Below are positions 48,271 to 62,950 of a stretch of 64,000 nucleotides of DNA, piece by piece. The stretch spans positions 335,356-399,355 of the forward strand of contig DAOSEM010000001.1 in the NCBI GenBank assembly GCA_035363115.1. The letters are read 5' to 3'. Under the pieces are notes generated by a model, which saw nothing but the letters and a program-made list of their open reading frames with translations, searched no databases and was not told the DNA's origin. The position numbers and the translations under genes are program-made. Numbering within the stretch: the first letter of the stretch is position 1; each line of letters begins with the position of its first letter. This DNA comes from Syntrophales bacterium (GTDB lineage Bacteria; Desulfobacterota; Syntrophia; Syntrophales; PHBD01).

Positions 48271-49074
48271 TTATGGAAGATGGAGAACCTCGACGCCCTT
48301 TGGGGGTTGGAAGGAAAACGTCCGGTCGGGTATTGCTACGTTCTCCCTGAGATCCCGAAAGGCAACCCGGGTGAAATTCCCGAAGGAATCGGTGAATCGA
48401 ACTTCGTGAACCTGGAGATCTTCCCTGCCTACGGTCAGGTTCAGCCGGGAGACGCCCAGGCCGGAATCGCGGGGTGTAAGGACGAGCAGCAGGTTTCCGT
48501 CCCGGTCGACGGCATCGGGCCTGGCGTACTCGATCTGGAAATCCTCCCGCAGTTTTCCCAGCCCGGTGAAGAAGCGGATGGTCAGACGGGATTTGAGCAG
48601 GCTTTCGGCCTTCTGGACATAAACGGCCCGGTCTTCCGGGACGTAAAGCCATGAGGTCCTGGGGCCGATGATCAGCTTCTTTGCTTTCGGTTTCTCGTAA
48701 TGCCAGGCCATCCGGCCGGGATTTCGAAAGTAGACCGTTCCTTCCTCCCGTTCGGCCTTTTTCGATCCCTTCACCGTCACTTCCTGGATAAAGCGTCCCT
48801 TCAGGGATTCGGTTTTCTCATACCGTTCCTGCATGTCCGCCAGAAGCTTTTCCAGAGGCGGCGCTTCCGCTCCACGGACTGCTGCGGGCAAAAGGAGAAT
48901 CCCCAGGAGGGGCAGCCACACAAGGGACAGGACAGCCGTGAGCCGGTGGAGAGAACGCCGGCTCCGGCCGGAGCGCAGACGTGCCTCCGGTGATAAATCC
49001 GTTGAAACAGAGAGGGAATTTCGCTTCACAGAAAAAACCTCACGATTTATCCCGCAGCATGGTGCCGCTGGCAT
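48271..49074 (-). CDS. lolA: outer-membrane lipoprotein carrier protein LolA
   Basis: LKGRFIQEVTVKGSKKAEREEGTVYFRNPGRMAWHYEKPKAKKLIIGPRTSWLYVPED. The start is uncertain: ATG 49074, or GTG 49029 with a GAGG RBS. Confidence 0.75.
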   Translation of the reverse strand: MPAAPCCGINREVFSVKRNSLSVSTDLSPEARLRSGRSRRSLHRLTAVLSLVWLPLLGILLLPAAVRGAEAPPLEKLLADMQERYEKTESLKGRFIQEVTVKGSKKAEREEGTVYFRNPGRMAWHYEKPKAKKLIIGPRTSWLYVPEDRAVYVQKAESLLKSRLTIRFFTGLGKLREDFQIEYARPDAVDRDGNLLLVLTPRDSGLGVSRLNLTVGREDLQVHEVRFTDSFGNFTRVAFRDLRENVAIPDRTFSFQPPKGVEVLHLP

Positions 49075-49230
49075 ATTTCTTTCAATGGGTTTCCGGAAGG
49101 GGGTTCTGGCATGCGCTAACCTTCCGAAATTCTGCCCTGCTTTGTAAGCTTTTGTTATAAATAACGATTTTCCGTGCCTACACCTTGTGCAAGGCGGTAT
49201 AAAATCGTGACATTTGAAGCCTTAGGGTTT

Positions 49231-49274
49231 TTATCCACAGAGTTGTCAACAGGTTCATCAACAGCTCTGTGGAT
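49231..49274. promoter_or_regulatory. perfect DnaA-box sequence inside a 10-bp-arm inverted repeat
   Basis: TTATCCACA (49231-39). Arms ATCCACAGAG (49233-42) and CTCTGTGGAT (49265-74). The loop contains TCAACAG twice. The surrounding intergenic region is AT-rich. Confidence 0.3.
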
Positions 49275-49322
49275 TCCTTCGTTAACTCCCCGGATCAAGG
49301 GAAAGAACCCGCGGAATAGCAG

Positions 49323-50399
49323 TTACCCTGATATTTTCAGACGCCAGCCGAAGGGATCTTCCTTCTGGCCGTACTGGATCTGCAGGATTTCGTTGTAAAG
49401 CCGCTCCGTCAGGGGGCCTGTCTTCCCGCTGCCGATCTTGTGCTCCTTCCCGCGGAAGAACATCCGGCCGATGGGCGAAACGATGGCGGCCGTTCCGGAG
49501 GCGAAGGCCTCGTTGAGGAGTCCCCGCTCTGCGGCCTGAATGACCTCTTCCATGGCAATGGGGCGTTCCATGACGGGAATCCCCCAGCTGCGTGCCATCT
49601 CGATCACCGAATCCCGCGTCACGCCGGGCAGAATCGTTCCACCCAGGGGCGGCGTCACCAGTTCGTCGCCGATCAGGAAGAATATATTGCTGGTGCCGAC
49701 TTCCTCGACGTATTTCTTGTGAACGGCATCGAGCCACAGGACCTGGGTATAGCCTTTGTCCTGGGCGGCTTTGCTGGCATACAGGCTGGCGGCGTAATTG
49801 GCCGCGGCCTTACAGTAGCCGATGCCTCCCGGAGCGGAGCGGACGTAGTGCTCCTCCACGTAAATCTTCGTGGGGCTGAATCCCTCGGGATAATAGGCGC
49901 CGACGGGGCCCACGATGATGAAGAAGAGGTATTCCGGGGAGGCGTGAACGCCCAGGGCCGGCTCCGTGGCGATCATGGTGGGCCGGATGTAGAGGGACGT
50001 GCCCAGGCCTTTGGGGATCCAGTCCTTTTCGATGAGCACCAGTTCCCGGACGGCCTCCAGGAACAGGTTCTCGTCAACCGCGGGCATGCAGAGGCGTCGG
50101 GCCGAGTTGTTCATGCGCCGGGCGTTTTCGAGGGGACGGAACAGGTAGATCTCGCCACCCTTGCCCCGGTATGCCTTCAGGCCTTCGAAAATGAGCTGGG
50201 CGTAGTGCAGGCAGATGCAGGCGGGATCCAGGGCGAACGCCTGGTAGGGCTCGATGGCCGGGTTGTACCAGCCCTTGCCCTCCTTGTACTGCATGGTGAA
50301 CATGTGGTCCGTGAAGATCTTCCCGAACCCCAGCGTTGCCTCGTTCTTGTGTTTCGGTTTGTGCTTTGCCGGTGCGGTCTTCGTGATCTTGATCTTCAT
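49323..50399 (-). CDS. ilvE: branched-chain amino acid aminotransferase
   Basis: FGKIFTDHMF...YHYAQLIFEGLKAYR...class IV aminotransferase pattern; 358 aa. Confidence 0.9.
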   Translation of the reverse strand: MKIKITKTAPAKHKPKHKNEATLGFGKIFTDHMFTMQYKEGKGWYNPAIEPYQAFALDPACICLHYAQLIFEGLKAYRGKGGEIYLFRPLENARRMNNSARRLCMPAVDENLFLEAVRELVLIEKDWIPKGLGTSLYIRPTMIATEPALGVHASPEYLFFIIVGPVGAYYPEGFSPTKIYVEEHYVRSAPGGIGYCKAAANYAASLYASKAAQDKGYTQVLWLDAVHKKYVEEVGTSNIFFLIGDELVTPPLGGTILPGVTRDSVIEMARSWGIPVMERPIAMEEVIQAAERGLLNEAFASGTAAIVSPIGRMFFRGKEHKIGSGKTGPLTERLYNEILQIQYGQKEDPFGWRLKISG

Positions 50400-50450
50400 G
50401 ATTATCCCCCAGTATGATTTAACATCCCAAAAAAATTACAGATCGCTTTA

Positions 50451-51983
50451 TCACGATTGGACCAGCCGATCAAGGCTTCTGTACTGGATCGCCTCGGCGA
50501 CGTGGGAAGGCCCGATGGATTCCGCCTCCTCCAGGTCGGCGATCGTACGGGAGGTCCGGAGGATTCTCGAGTAGGCCCGGGCGCTGAGACCCAGCCTGTC
50601 CATGGCCATTTCGAGGAGCTGCCGGGACTCCCCGTCCAGGGTGCAGAACCGGCCGATCTGGTCATTGTCCATCCGGGCATTCGTTGCCGCTTCGTCTCCT
50701 TCGAAACGTGCCCTCTGAAGCCTCCTTGCGCTGCGGACGCGGGCGGCGATGGCGGCGGAGCCTTCCCCCCGGGTTCCCATGGTCAGCTCCCGGTGCCGGA
50801 CGGCGGGAACCTCGATATGGAGGTCGATCCGGTCCAGGAGCGGTCCGGAGATCCGTGACTGGTAGCCACGGATCGCCGCGGCGGAGCATCGGCATCGCCG
50901 CCTCGTCTCCCCGAGAAACCCGCAGGGGCAGGGATTCATCGCCGCCACGAGCATGAACCGGGCGGGAAAGGTGGCGCTCACGGCGGAGCGGCTGATGGTG
51001 ATGACCCCGTCCTCCATGGGCTGGCGGAGGGCCTCCAGGACGTTCCTGCGAAATTCCGGGAGCTCGTCGAGAAAAAGAACGCCGTGGTGGGCGAGGCTGA
51101 TCTCCCCCGGCCGTGGCTGCTGGCCGCCTCCCGCCATTCCCGCATCGGACACGGTGTGGTGGGGCGATCGGAAGGGCCGCGTCGAAACCAGGGAGCGGCT
51201 TCTCTCCAGAAGGCCGGCTACGGAAAAGATCTTCGTCGTCTCGATGGCCTCCGGCAGCGTCAGCTCGGGAAGAATACCGGGAAGCCGCTGGGCGAGCATG
51301 GTTTTCCCCGACCCGGGGGGGCCGATCATGAGGATGTTGTGCCCTCCGGCGGCGGCGATCTCCATGGCCCGCTTGGCCTGTTCCTGGCCCCGAATCTCGC
51401 TGAAGTCCGGGAAGGCCCGGAAGTCACGCCGGAACAGGGACACCGGCTCCACCCGGTGAGGTTCGATCGGCTTCGTCCCGGACAAACCGTCCACGACGTC
51501 CGACAGAACGTCCACCGGCAGGACGTCGAGGCCTTCGACCATAGCCGCTTCGTCTGCATTTTCCCTGGGGACGACCATTGCCGGCCTGCCGGAACGGTGT
51601 ACCTCCTGGGCAATCGGAAGAACTCCCGGGACTCCCTTGACCGCTCCGTTCAGTGAGAGCTCTCCGGTAAACACACAGCCGTCGAGCATCGCGGGCTGGA
51701 CGATGCCCTCAGCCGCCAGAATGCCCATGGCGATGGGAAGATCGAACCCGGTACCTTCTTTCCGGATGTCCGCCGGCGCGAGGTTGACCGTTACATGATG
51801 ACGGGGAAAGGAATAGCCGGCGTTTCGAATGGCCGCCCGAATCCGGTCCCGGCTTTCACGGACGGCCGCATCGGGCAGCCCGACCATGGAAAAATGAGGA
51901 ATGCCGTTGGTTACGTCCACTTCCACGTCCACCAGGCGGCAGTCGATACCAATGACCGCGGCCCCGCAGGTCTTGACGATCAT
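50451..51983 (-). CDS. YifB/ComM family Mg-chelatase-like AAA ATPase
   Basis: MIVKTCGAAVIGIDCRLVDVEVDV...GPPGSGKTMLAQRL...FLDELPEF...; C-terminal ARAYSRILRTSRTIADLE. Confidence 0.9.
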   Translation of the reverse strand: MIVKTCGAAVIGIDCRLVDVEVDVTNGIPHFSMVGLPDAAVRESRDRIRAAIRNAGYSFPRHHVTVNLAPADIRKEGTGFDLPIAMGILAAEGIVQPAMLDGCVFTGELSLNGAVKGVPGVLPIAQEVHRSGRPAMVVPRENADEAAMVEGLDVLPVDVLSDVVDGLSGTKPIEPHRVEPVSLFRRDFRAFPDFSEIRGQEQAKRAMEIAAAGGHNILMIGPPGSGKTMLAQRLPGILPELTLPEAIETTKIFSVAGLLERSRSLVSTRPFRSPHHTVSDAGMAGGGQQPRPGEISLAHHGVLFLDELPEFRRNVLEALRQPMEDGVITISRSAVSATFPARFMLVAAMNPCPCGFLGETRRRCRCSAAAIRGYQSRISGPLLDRIDLHIEVPAVRHRELTMGTRGEGSAAIAARVRSARRLQRARFEGDEAATNARMDNDQIGRFCTLDGESRQLLEMAMDRLGLSARAYSRILRTSRTIADLEEAESIGPSHVAEAIQYRSLDRLVQS

Positions 51984-52225
51984 ATTTCCCTCAAAAATGG
52001 TCTGTGGCAGGTTGTTCCTTGGAGGAAACACGGGGATGGAAAGACTGTACCCGGCAGGGACGTCCTCTTTAATTCAGAACACCAATGAATGCAAGGTCTT
52101 TCTCTCTCTCGCCGACGCCCAGCGGAACCGGCTTGACGGCGGGAAAACGCTGTGTTAAGTTTCACCCGCTTTTGCTAATCCGTTCACTTTCACTTTCCCG
52201 GAGTCAGCCCATCACAGCAAACGCA

Positions 52226-52702
52226 ATGACCCGCATGACCCATTTGGATGAATACGGCCGCGCCCGTATGGTTGACGTCACACGGAAGAAAGAGACCGTG
52301 CGTGTGGCGGTTGCCAGGGGATCGGTGCTCATGAAGCCGGAAACCCTGGCGATGATCTCGCGGGGCGAGATGGCCAAGGGGGATGTTTTTTCCGTCGCCC
52401 GGATTGCGGGGATCATGGCGGCCAAGAATACGTCCGGCTTGATTCCTCTGTGCCACCCGCTGCAGTTGACGGGTGTCGAGATCCGGTTTTCCGTGCGGGA
52501 CGAACGCACGCTGGAGATCGAGGCGCAGGTGACCAACCGCGGGAGAACGGGCGTGGAGATGGAGGCCATGACGGCTGTCAGCGCGGCGGCCCTCACGGTC
52601 TACGATATGTGCAAGGCCGTGGACCGTCGCATGGTCCTGACGGAAATACGCCTGATCTCGAAAACGGGGGGCAAGAGCGGAACTTTTGTACGGGAACCAT
52701 GA
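52226..52702 (+). CDS. moaC: cyclic pyranopterin monophosphate synthase MoaC
   Basis: MTHLDEYGRARMVDVTRK...KGDVFSVARIAGIMAAKNTSGLIPLCHPL. Confidence 0.9.
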   Translation: MTRMTHLDEYGRARMVDVTRKKETVRVAVARGSVLMKPETLAMISRGEMAKGDVFSVARIAGIMAAKNTSGLIPLCHPLQLTGVEIRFSVRDERTLEIEAQVTNRGRTGVEMEAMTAVSAAALTVYDMCKAVDRRMVLTEIRLISKTGGKSGTFVREP

Positions 52703-52724
52703 TTCCGCGAGACCGGACGACCCC

Positions 52725-53243
52725 ATGACACAGACAATTTACCGGATCAAGTCATCCTTCCTGATTCCCCTTGGCCTGGATGTCGTTCTTCTGCTGGTGC
52801 TTCTCGGGTGGTCCGTTCTGGGATCCGGAACCTATACGGAGCGCGTGGTTTTGGGTATTTTCTTTCTCCTGGCACTGGCGGTCTTCGCTGAGGCGGTGTC
52901 CCGGAACGTGTCCGCCGACGAGGAAGGGATCTCCATCCGGAAATTCTTCCGGGGGACCCGTCTTCTCTGGCTGGAAATCAATTATGCCGGAACCCTGATC
53001 ATGCGTGGCAAGGCCTATATCCTCCTGACCACGACAAAAGGATACCATGTCCTGTCCAGTGCCTACGGGAACTACGAAAAACTGATCGACCACATGGTCC
53101 GTCACCTGGACGCGGAGAGGGTGGAGGAGACGCTTCGAGCGCAGATCGACCAGCCGGTTCGCGGCAGGTCGGATGCGGCGTCGGCATGGTTCGCAGCAGC
53201 TGTGATCCTCGGTATTCTTATCCTGAAATTGCTGAAGATTTGA
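52725..53243 (+). CDS. hypothetical membrane protein (2 N-terminal TM + 1 C-terminal TM, possible bacterial PH-like middle domain)
   Basis: MTQTIYRIKSSFLIPLGLDVVLLLVLLGWSVLG...VVLGIFFLLALAVFAEAV...ISIRKFFRGTRLLWLEINYAG.... Confidence 0.5.
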   Translation: MTQTIYRIKSSFLIPLGLDVVLLLVLLGWSVLGSGTYTERVVLGIFFLLALAVFAEAVSRNVSADEEGISIRKFFRGTRLLWLEINYAGTLIMRGKAYILLTTTKGYHVLSSAYGNYEKLIDHMVRHLDAERVEETLRAQIDQPVRGRSDAASAWFAAAVILGILILKLLKI

Positions 53244-53271
53244 CCCTTCCAACGGAGAAAGCCTCAAGACC

Positions 53272-53577
53272 ATGAAGACCAGGAAATCCACAGCCGGTAG
53301 TCGGATGGAGAAAGCGGATGATCCCGTCCGGGTCGTGGAACGGATGATGGAGATGAAGCTCGAGGATATCGCCACGGTGCTGGGCGCGTCGGGCAATGGA
53401 AAAAGCCGGCTCCATGAAAATGTGATGACGATGGTGGAGCGGAGCCTCTTCCGGATCGCCCTCGGCCGTTCCGGCAATGTGCGCAGCAAGGCCGCGGCAT
53501 ACCTGGGGATCAACCGGAACACCTTCCAGAAAAAACTGATCCGGCTTGGTCTGGACGGCAATCCGGAGGAGGAGTGA
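53272..53577 (+). CDS. small Fis-type helix-turn-helix DNA-binding protein
   Basis: C-terminus GNVRSKAAAYLGINRNTFQKKLIRLGL is a typical Fis HTH. The start is uncertain. Confidence 0.6.
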   Translation: MKTRKSTAGSRMEKADDPVRVVERMMEMKLEDIATVLGASGNGKSRLHENVMTMVERSLFRIALGRSGNVRSKAAAYLGINRNTFQKKLIRLGLDGNPEEE

Positions 53578-53628
53578 GGATGCCGGGGGAGAAACCGGAC
53601 CGGACTTCGGTACGGGAGAGGCCGGGAG

Positions 53629-54890
53629 ATGGATGATGCTTTCCTGCCCGCCACCATACGCAGGCTCCTCGAGAAAGGCGTCCGCATCCCTCATCCCTGG
53701 ACCGTCGAGGTGGGGGATGAGGTTTCCCTCGACCGCGTCTCCGGCCGGGGCGTTGTCCTCCATGGCGGTGTCCGGCTTCGCGGTGAACGGACGCTCCTCT
53801 GTGACGGGGTAAAACTGGGGGCGGAAGGCCCGGCCGTCGTGGAAAACTGCCTCGCGGGGCCCGACGTCGAACTGAAAGGCGGCTTCTTCCGGGGGTCGGT
53901 TTTCCTCCGCGGCGTTCAGATCGGTTCCGCCTCCCATGTCCGGGAAGACTGCCTCCTCGAGGAAGAATCCTCCGGAGCTCATGCCGTCGGACTCAAGCAG
54001 ACCATCCTTTTCCCCTTCGTGACCCTCGGCAGCCTGATCAACTTCTGCGACTGCCTCATGGGGGGCGGCACGAGCCGCCGAAACCACAGCGAGGTGGGAA
54101 GCTCCTTCATCCATTTCAATTATACCCCCCGGCAGGACAAGGCGACGGCGTCTCTTCTCGGCGATGTTCCGCGCGGCGTCATGCTGGATCAGCCCCCCAT
54201 CTTTCTCGGCGGGCAGGGAGGAATCGTCGGGCCCGTCCGGATGGGGTTCGGAACGGTCCTTCCCGCCGGTTCGATCTGCCGCCGGGACGTTCCGGAGGGA
54301 GGCGTGACAACCGGCGAAGACGGCAGGGACCGGATTGAAGGACCCTTCCTCTCGAAACGGGGGGGGGATCTTGCCAGAAAAGTGCGGAACAACCTCCTGT
54401 ACATAGCCAATCTTTTCGCCCTGCGGGCCTGGTATGCACAGGTCCGGAGTCCCTTTTTCCGCGCCGCTTCGCACGAAGCGGAGCTGCTGCCGGGTGCGCT
54501 GGACGTCCTCGAAGGGGCGATTGCGGAGCGGCTTCTGAGGCTTCGGAATGTCGCCGCAAAACTGCCGCCGGAGGGCGAAGCGACCGGACCGGCGGGGGTT
54601 GTATCCGAACGCCGCCGGCAATTCAGGGAGCGGTGGCCGGAAGCCGAGGAGGTCCTTCAGGACGGAGCCGGGGATTGTGGAGATCCGATGCTCCGGGACC
54701 GGTTCCTGGCCGTCCGGGACCGGCTGGCGGGACGTCCGGCTGGGGCGGCGGACTATCTTCCCTTCATCCAGGCGCTCAAAAAGCCGGAGCGCCTCCTGGG
54801 GACGGCCTGGCTGGAGAGCATCGTGAACGACCGGATGGAACGGGTTCTGGGTGTGCTGACGGCCTTCCGTTCCGGGCCTGTGGAGGCGGC

Positions 54891-54894
<4 letters not shown>
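53629..54894 (+). CDS. hypothetical protein with hexapeptide-repeat-like (left-handed beta-helix) N-terminal half and helical C-terminal half
   Basis: Periodic segments VVLHGGVRLRGERTLLCDGVKLGAEGPAVVENCLAGPDVELKG... and HSEVGSSFIHFNYTPRQDKATASLLGDVPRGVMLDQPPIFLGGQGGIVGPVRMGFGTVLPAGS resemble acyl/nucleotidyl-transferase LbH folds. Its stop overlaps the next ATG (ATGA). Confidence 0.6.
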
Positions 54895-60268
<5,374 letters not shown>

Positions 60269-60280
60269 ATTCCGTCCCCG

Positions 60281-61285
60281 GTGGACATGGAACCCCTGCT
60301 CCTGCACCTGGAAAACAATGTTACCCTCGAAGAGGACCGGCTGGTCCTGGTGGACCGGCGGCGGCTGCCCCGGGAGATCGTCCGGGTCTCCTGTGCCGGC
60401 TACGGGGACGTGGCGCGGGCCATTGAAGACATGGTCGTCCAGGGGGCGGGTGACATCGCCGTCACCGCCGGATTCGGGCTATACCTGGCGGCCCGGGAGG
60501 CGGAGCGGCTGGGCGGTCGGGAGGCCGGGGCCTTTCTGGAGAGGGCCGCAGAGCGGCTGAAGGCCACTCGGCCAACGGGCTATCACCTGGCGGCGCTTTT
60601 GGACCGGCTTCTGGGAATGCTGGCGGAAGAGCCGGACGATCCCCGCCCGGCGGAGAGAATCCTGTCTTTCCTGAAAAACATCCTGGACCGGCAGCGGCGG
60701 ATCTCCGAAGACACGGGGCGCCACGCCGAGACGCTCCTTGTCCCGGGGGAATCGATCCTGACCCACTGCTTTGCCGGGGGAGCGCTCCTGTACATGCTGC
60801 GCTTCGCACGGGAAAAGGGGAAGGACGTCCGCATTTTCTGCACGGAAACCCGACCTTATCTCCAGGGCGCGCGGCTCACCGCCTGGTCGGTCAGCCATCT
60901 CGGCCTCCCCGTCACCCTCATCACCGACAACATGGCGGCCCACTGCATGTCCCGGGGGATGGTGCAGAAAGTTTTCACCGCCGCCGACCGGATCGCCCTG
61001 GACGGAACCGTCGCCAACAAGGTGGGAACCCTGCAGCTGGCGATCTGCGCGGACCGGTACAAAATTCCTTTCTGGGTGCTTGCCTATGGAGGGCCGGACC
61101 GCCGGACGGCCCGCGGGGAGGACATTCCCATCGAGGAGCGGGATCCGGCGGAGGTGCTGACGTTTCGGGGCACTCCCATCACCGGGGAGGATGTGAAGGG
61201 ATATTATCCGGCCTTCGACCTCACGCCACGGGAGCTGGTGACGGGCATCGTCACCAGCCGCGGGATCGAGACCTGGAAGGGCTGA
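60281..61285 (+). CDS. mtnA: S-methyl-5-thioribose-1-phosphate isomerase family (eIF-2B alpha/beta/delta-like) protein
   Basis: CTETRPYLQGARLTAWSVSHLGLPVTLITDNMAA...ADRIALDGTVANKVGTLQLAICADRYKIPFWVLA. Start at GTG 60281 or ATG 60287. Confidence 0.8.
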   Translation: MDMEPLLLHLENNVTLEEDRLVLVDRRRLPREIVRVSCAGYGDVARAIEDMVVQGAGDIAVTAGFGLYLAAREAERLGGREAGAFLERAAERLKATRPTGYHLAALLDRLLGMLAEEPDDPRPAERILSFLKNILDRQRRISEDTGRHAETLLVPGESILTHCFAGGALLYMLRFAREKGKDVRIFCTETRPYLQGARLTAWSVSHLGLPVTLITDNMAAHCMSRGMVQKVFTAADRIALDGTVANKVGTLQLAICADRYKIPFWVLAYGGPDRRTARGEDIPIEERDPAEVLTFRGTPITGEDVKGYYPAFDLTPRELVTGIVTSRGIETWKG

Positions 61286-61287
61286 TT

Positions 61288-61497
61288 CTACTGGATCGTC
61301 CGTGGCGGAGTGTCGCTGCGCTGCTCCATCTTCAGCATGGACCGGGGAATCAGAAAGCTCCGCATCCGGGAGGGGACGTAAACGAGCATCCACAGGTCGT
61401 CGGGAACCCTGAGGCCCCTCCTGCCTACGATCTTTCCCTGCAGCCCGTTCAGGGGATGCCGGGGATCATTCACGAGGACGAGGTCGCCGAGGTCCAT
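61288..61497 (-). CDS. small hypothetical protein (69 aa) with KOW/SH3-like N-terminal motif
   Basis: MDLGDLVLVNDPRHPLNGLQGKIVGRRG...; good RBS (GAGAGGAGAATCGAATG). Confidence 0.45.
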   Translation of the reverse strand: MDLGDLVLVNDPRHPLNGLQGKIVGRRGLRVPDDLWMLVYVPSRMRSFLIPRSMLKMEQRSDTPPRTIQ

Positions 61498-61699
61498 TCG
61501 ATTCTCCTCTCTTGGAGCGGATCCGTCCGGCGGCGGGATCAAGGGCGGGCGGCCGGGCGTGGGATCGGACGGTGGGATCACCCGTGACTGACATGACGAT
61601 AGCACAAAAGACCGCGTACTGCATGGGGAATCATACCCACTATGACATTTCATACGGCATGTGATAAGAAATGACGACCCGACACAGGAGGGAGAGCCG

Positions 61700-62002
61700 A
61701 TGAAGATCCGGATGCCCATCTCGTTTCACGGCAATTACCTGGTCCAGATCCGCCTGGGGGAAGAGGAGAGCCGGGAGCGGTGCCAGAAGTTGACCGTCAG
61801 GGAACTGTCGACGGAGGAAAGGGCCCAGTCTTTCCCGGGCATGCCGGAGGACCGGATGCCCACCCACCAGATCACCTTCTACGACTTCGGCTGCAAGCGG
61901 GTCATCGAGGGAAAAATCACGGCCAATGAGGAGAGCCGGATTGCCTTTGCCGTCCGGGACAAGGAGTACATCTTTTCCCCCTTCCGCCCCCGTTCGGCGT
62001 GA
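61700..62002 (+). CDS. hypothetical protein (100 aa)
   Basis: MKIRMPISFHGNYLVQIRLGEEESRERCQKL...; RBS CAGGAGGGAGAGCCGATG. No family recognised. Confidence 0.45.
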   Translation: MKIRMPISFHGNYLVQIRLGEEESRERCQKLTVRELSTEERAQSFPGMPEDRMPTHQITFYDFGCKRVIEGKITANEESRIAFAVRDKEYIFSPFRPRSA

Positions 62003-62062
62003 AAGCCGGCCGGATGGGCGGACCGGGCGCTTCGAACCCGACGGGCCGGGAGCCTTTGTTCT

Positions 62063-62590
62063 ATGAGCATTTCTCCGGGGAAGGCTGAAATCCCCATTCT
62101 GTCCATTGTCGGCAAGTCCAACACGGGAAAGACGACCCTTATCGAACGGCTCATTCCCGAGCTCGTGCGGAGGGGCTGGCGGGTGGCGACGATCAAGCAC
62201 AACCGCCACGGCTTCCAGATGGACCACGAGGGGAAGGACAGCTGGCGCCACCGGAACGCCGGAGCCCGCATGACCGTCGTCGCATCCCCGCATGAGGTGG
62301 CCCTCGTGGCGGACGCTCCCCGGGACTACACGATGGCCGAGCTAAGGGACCTCTTCATCCGCGACGTCGATCTCGTCCTGGCGGAGGGATTCAAGAAGAA
62401 TCCCCACCCCAAGATCGAGGTGTTCCGCCCGGAGGTCCACTCCGAGCGCCTCTGCGGCCCCGATGACCACTGCATCGCCGTAGTCACCGGATCCGACCTG
62501 GCGCCGGCGGTTCCCCGGTTCGGGCCGGACGAGATCTCCGCCCTCTGCGATTTCATTGAGAAGAGCATCCTGGGGGGGCCTGCGCCGTGA
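62063..62590 (+). CDS. mobB: molybdopterin-guanine dinucleotide biosynthesis protein B
   Basis: ILSIVGKSNTGKTTLIERLIPEL..RGWRVATIKH..HGFQMDHEGKDSWRH. Confidence 0.85.
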   Translation: MSISPGKAEIPILSIVGKSNTGKTTLIERLIPELVRRGWRVATIKHNRHGFQMDHEGKDSWRHRNAGARMTVVASPHEVALVADAPRDYTMAELRDLFIRDVDLVLAEGFKKNPHPKIEVFRPEVHSERLCGPDDHCIAVVTGSDLAPAVPRFGPDEISALCDFIEKSILGGPAP

Positions 62591-62928
62591 CGGACATTGC
62601 CGCGTGGGATATCCTCAAGTGGGTGCTCCTGGTTCTGCTGGCGGGGTTCATCGGCCAGTTCGGCAAGAGTTTCGCCCAGGCGGTCATGTCCCGGATTCGG
62701 AAAAAAAAGTCCGTGAGCGGGGTCTCTCCCGAACGCTCCGAACCGTCCGCAGCCGTGGCAGGGCCGGGTGAGCCGGGGACCCTGCCGGCTCCCGCGGAAC
62801 CGGCCGAATCGAAGCCCGGGGGGATGGAAGAACCGGCCACCGGTTCGGATGGGAACAAGAAAGCCCTGAAGACCCTGGCGAAGACGCAGAAAAAAGAAGC
62901 GAAGCTCCGTTCGAAACTCTCGAAGTAG
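62587..62928 (+). CDS. small hypothetical membrane-anchored, Lys-rich protein (113 aa)
   Basis: The GTG start overlaps the mobB stop (GTGA). One TM (WDILKWVLLVLLAGFIGQFG), then a low-complexity Pro/Ala/Lys tail. Confidence 0.4.
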   Translation: MTDIAAWDILKWVLLVLLAGFIGQFGKSFAQAVMSRIRKKKSVSGVSPERSEPSAAVAGPGEPGTLPAPAEPAESKPGGMEEPATGSDGNKKALKTLAKTQKKEAKLRSKLSK

Positions 62929-62950
62929 TCTCCGGCACGGTTGCGGAATC

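Noticed and set aside
49100-49322. Replication origin (oriC), suggested by the AT-rich spacer and a perfect DnaA box
   Set aside because: There is only one perfect box plus one imperfect inverted copy. There is no cluster of boxes, no obvious 13-mer AT-rich DUE repeats, and no dnaA/dnaN nearby. It is kept only as a possible regulatory DnaA or other operator site.
52032-52225. Possible Moco riboswitch in the roughly 190-nt leader of moaC
   Set aside because: I could not find the conserved Moco-motif blocks as I recall them (a CUCCGAGCC-like 5' segment and a GCCUCCC-like 3' segment). There is only a generic CGCCG...CGGCG stem. An Rfam scan would settle it.
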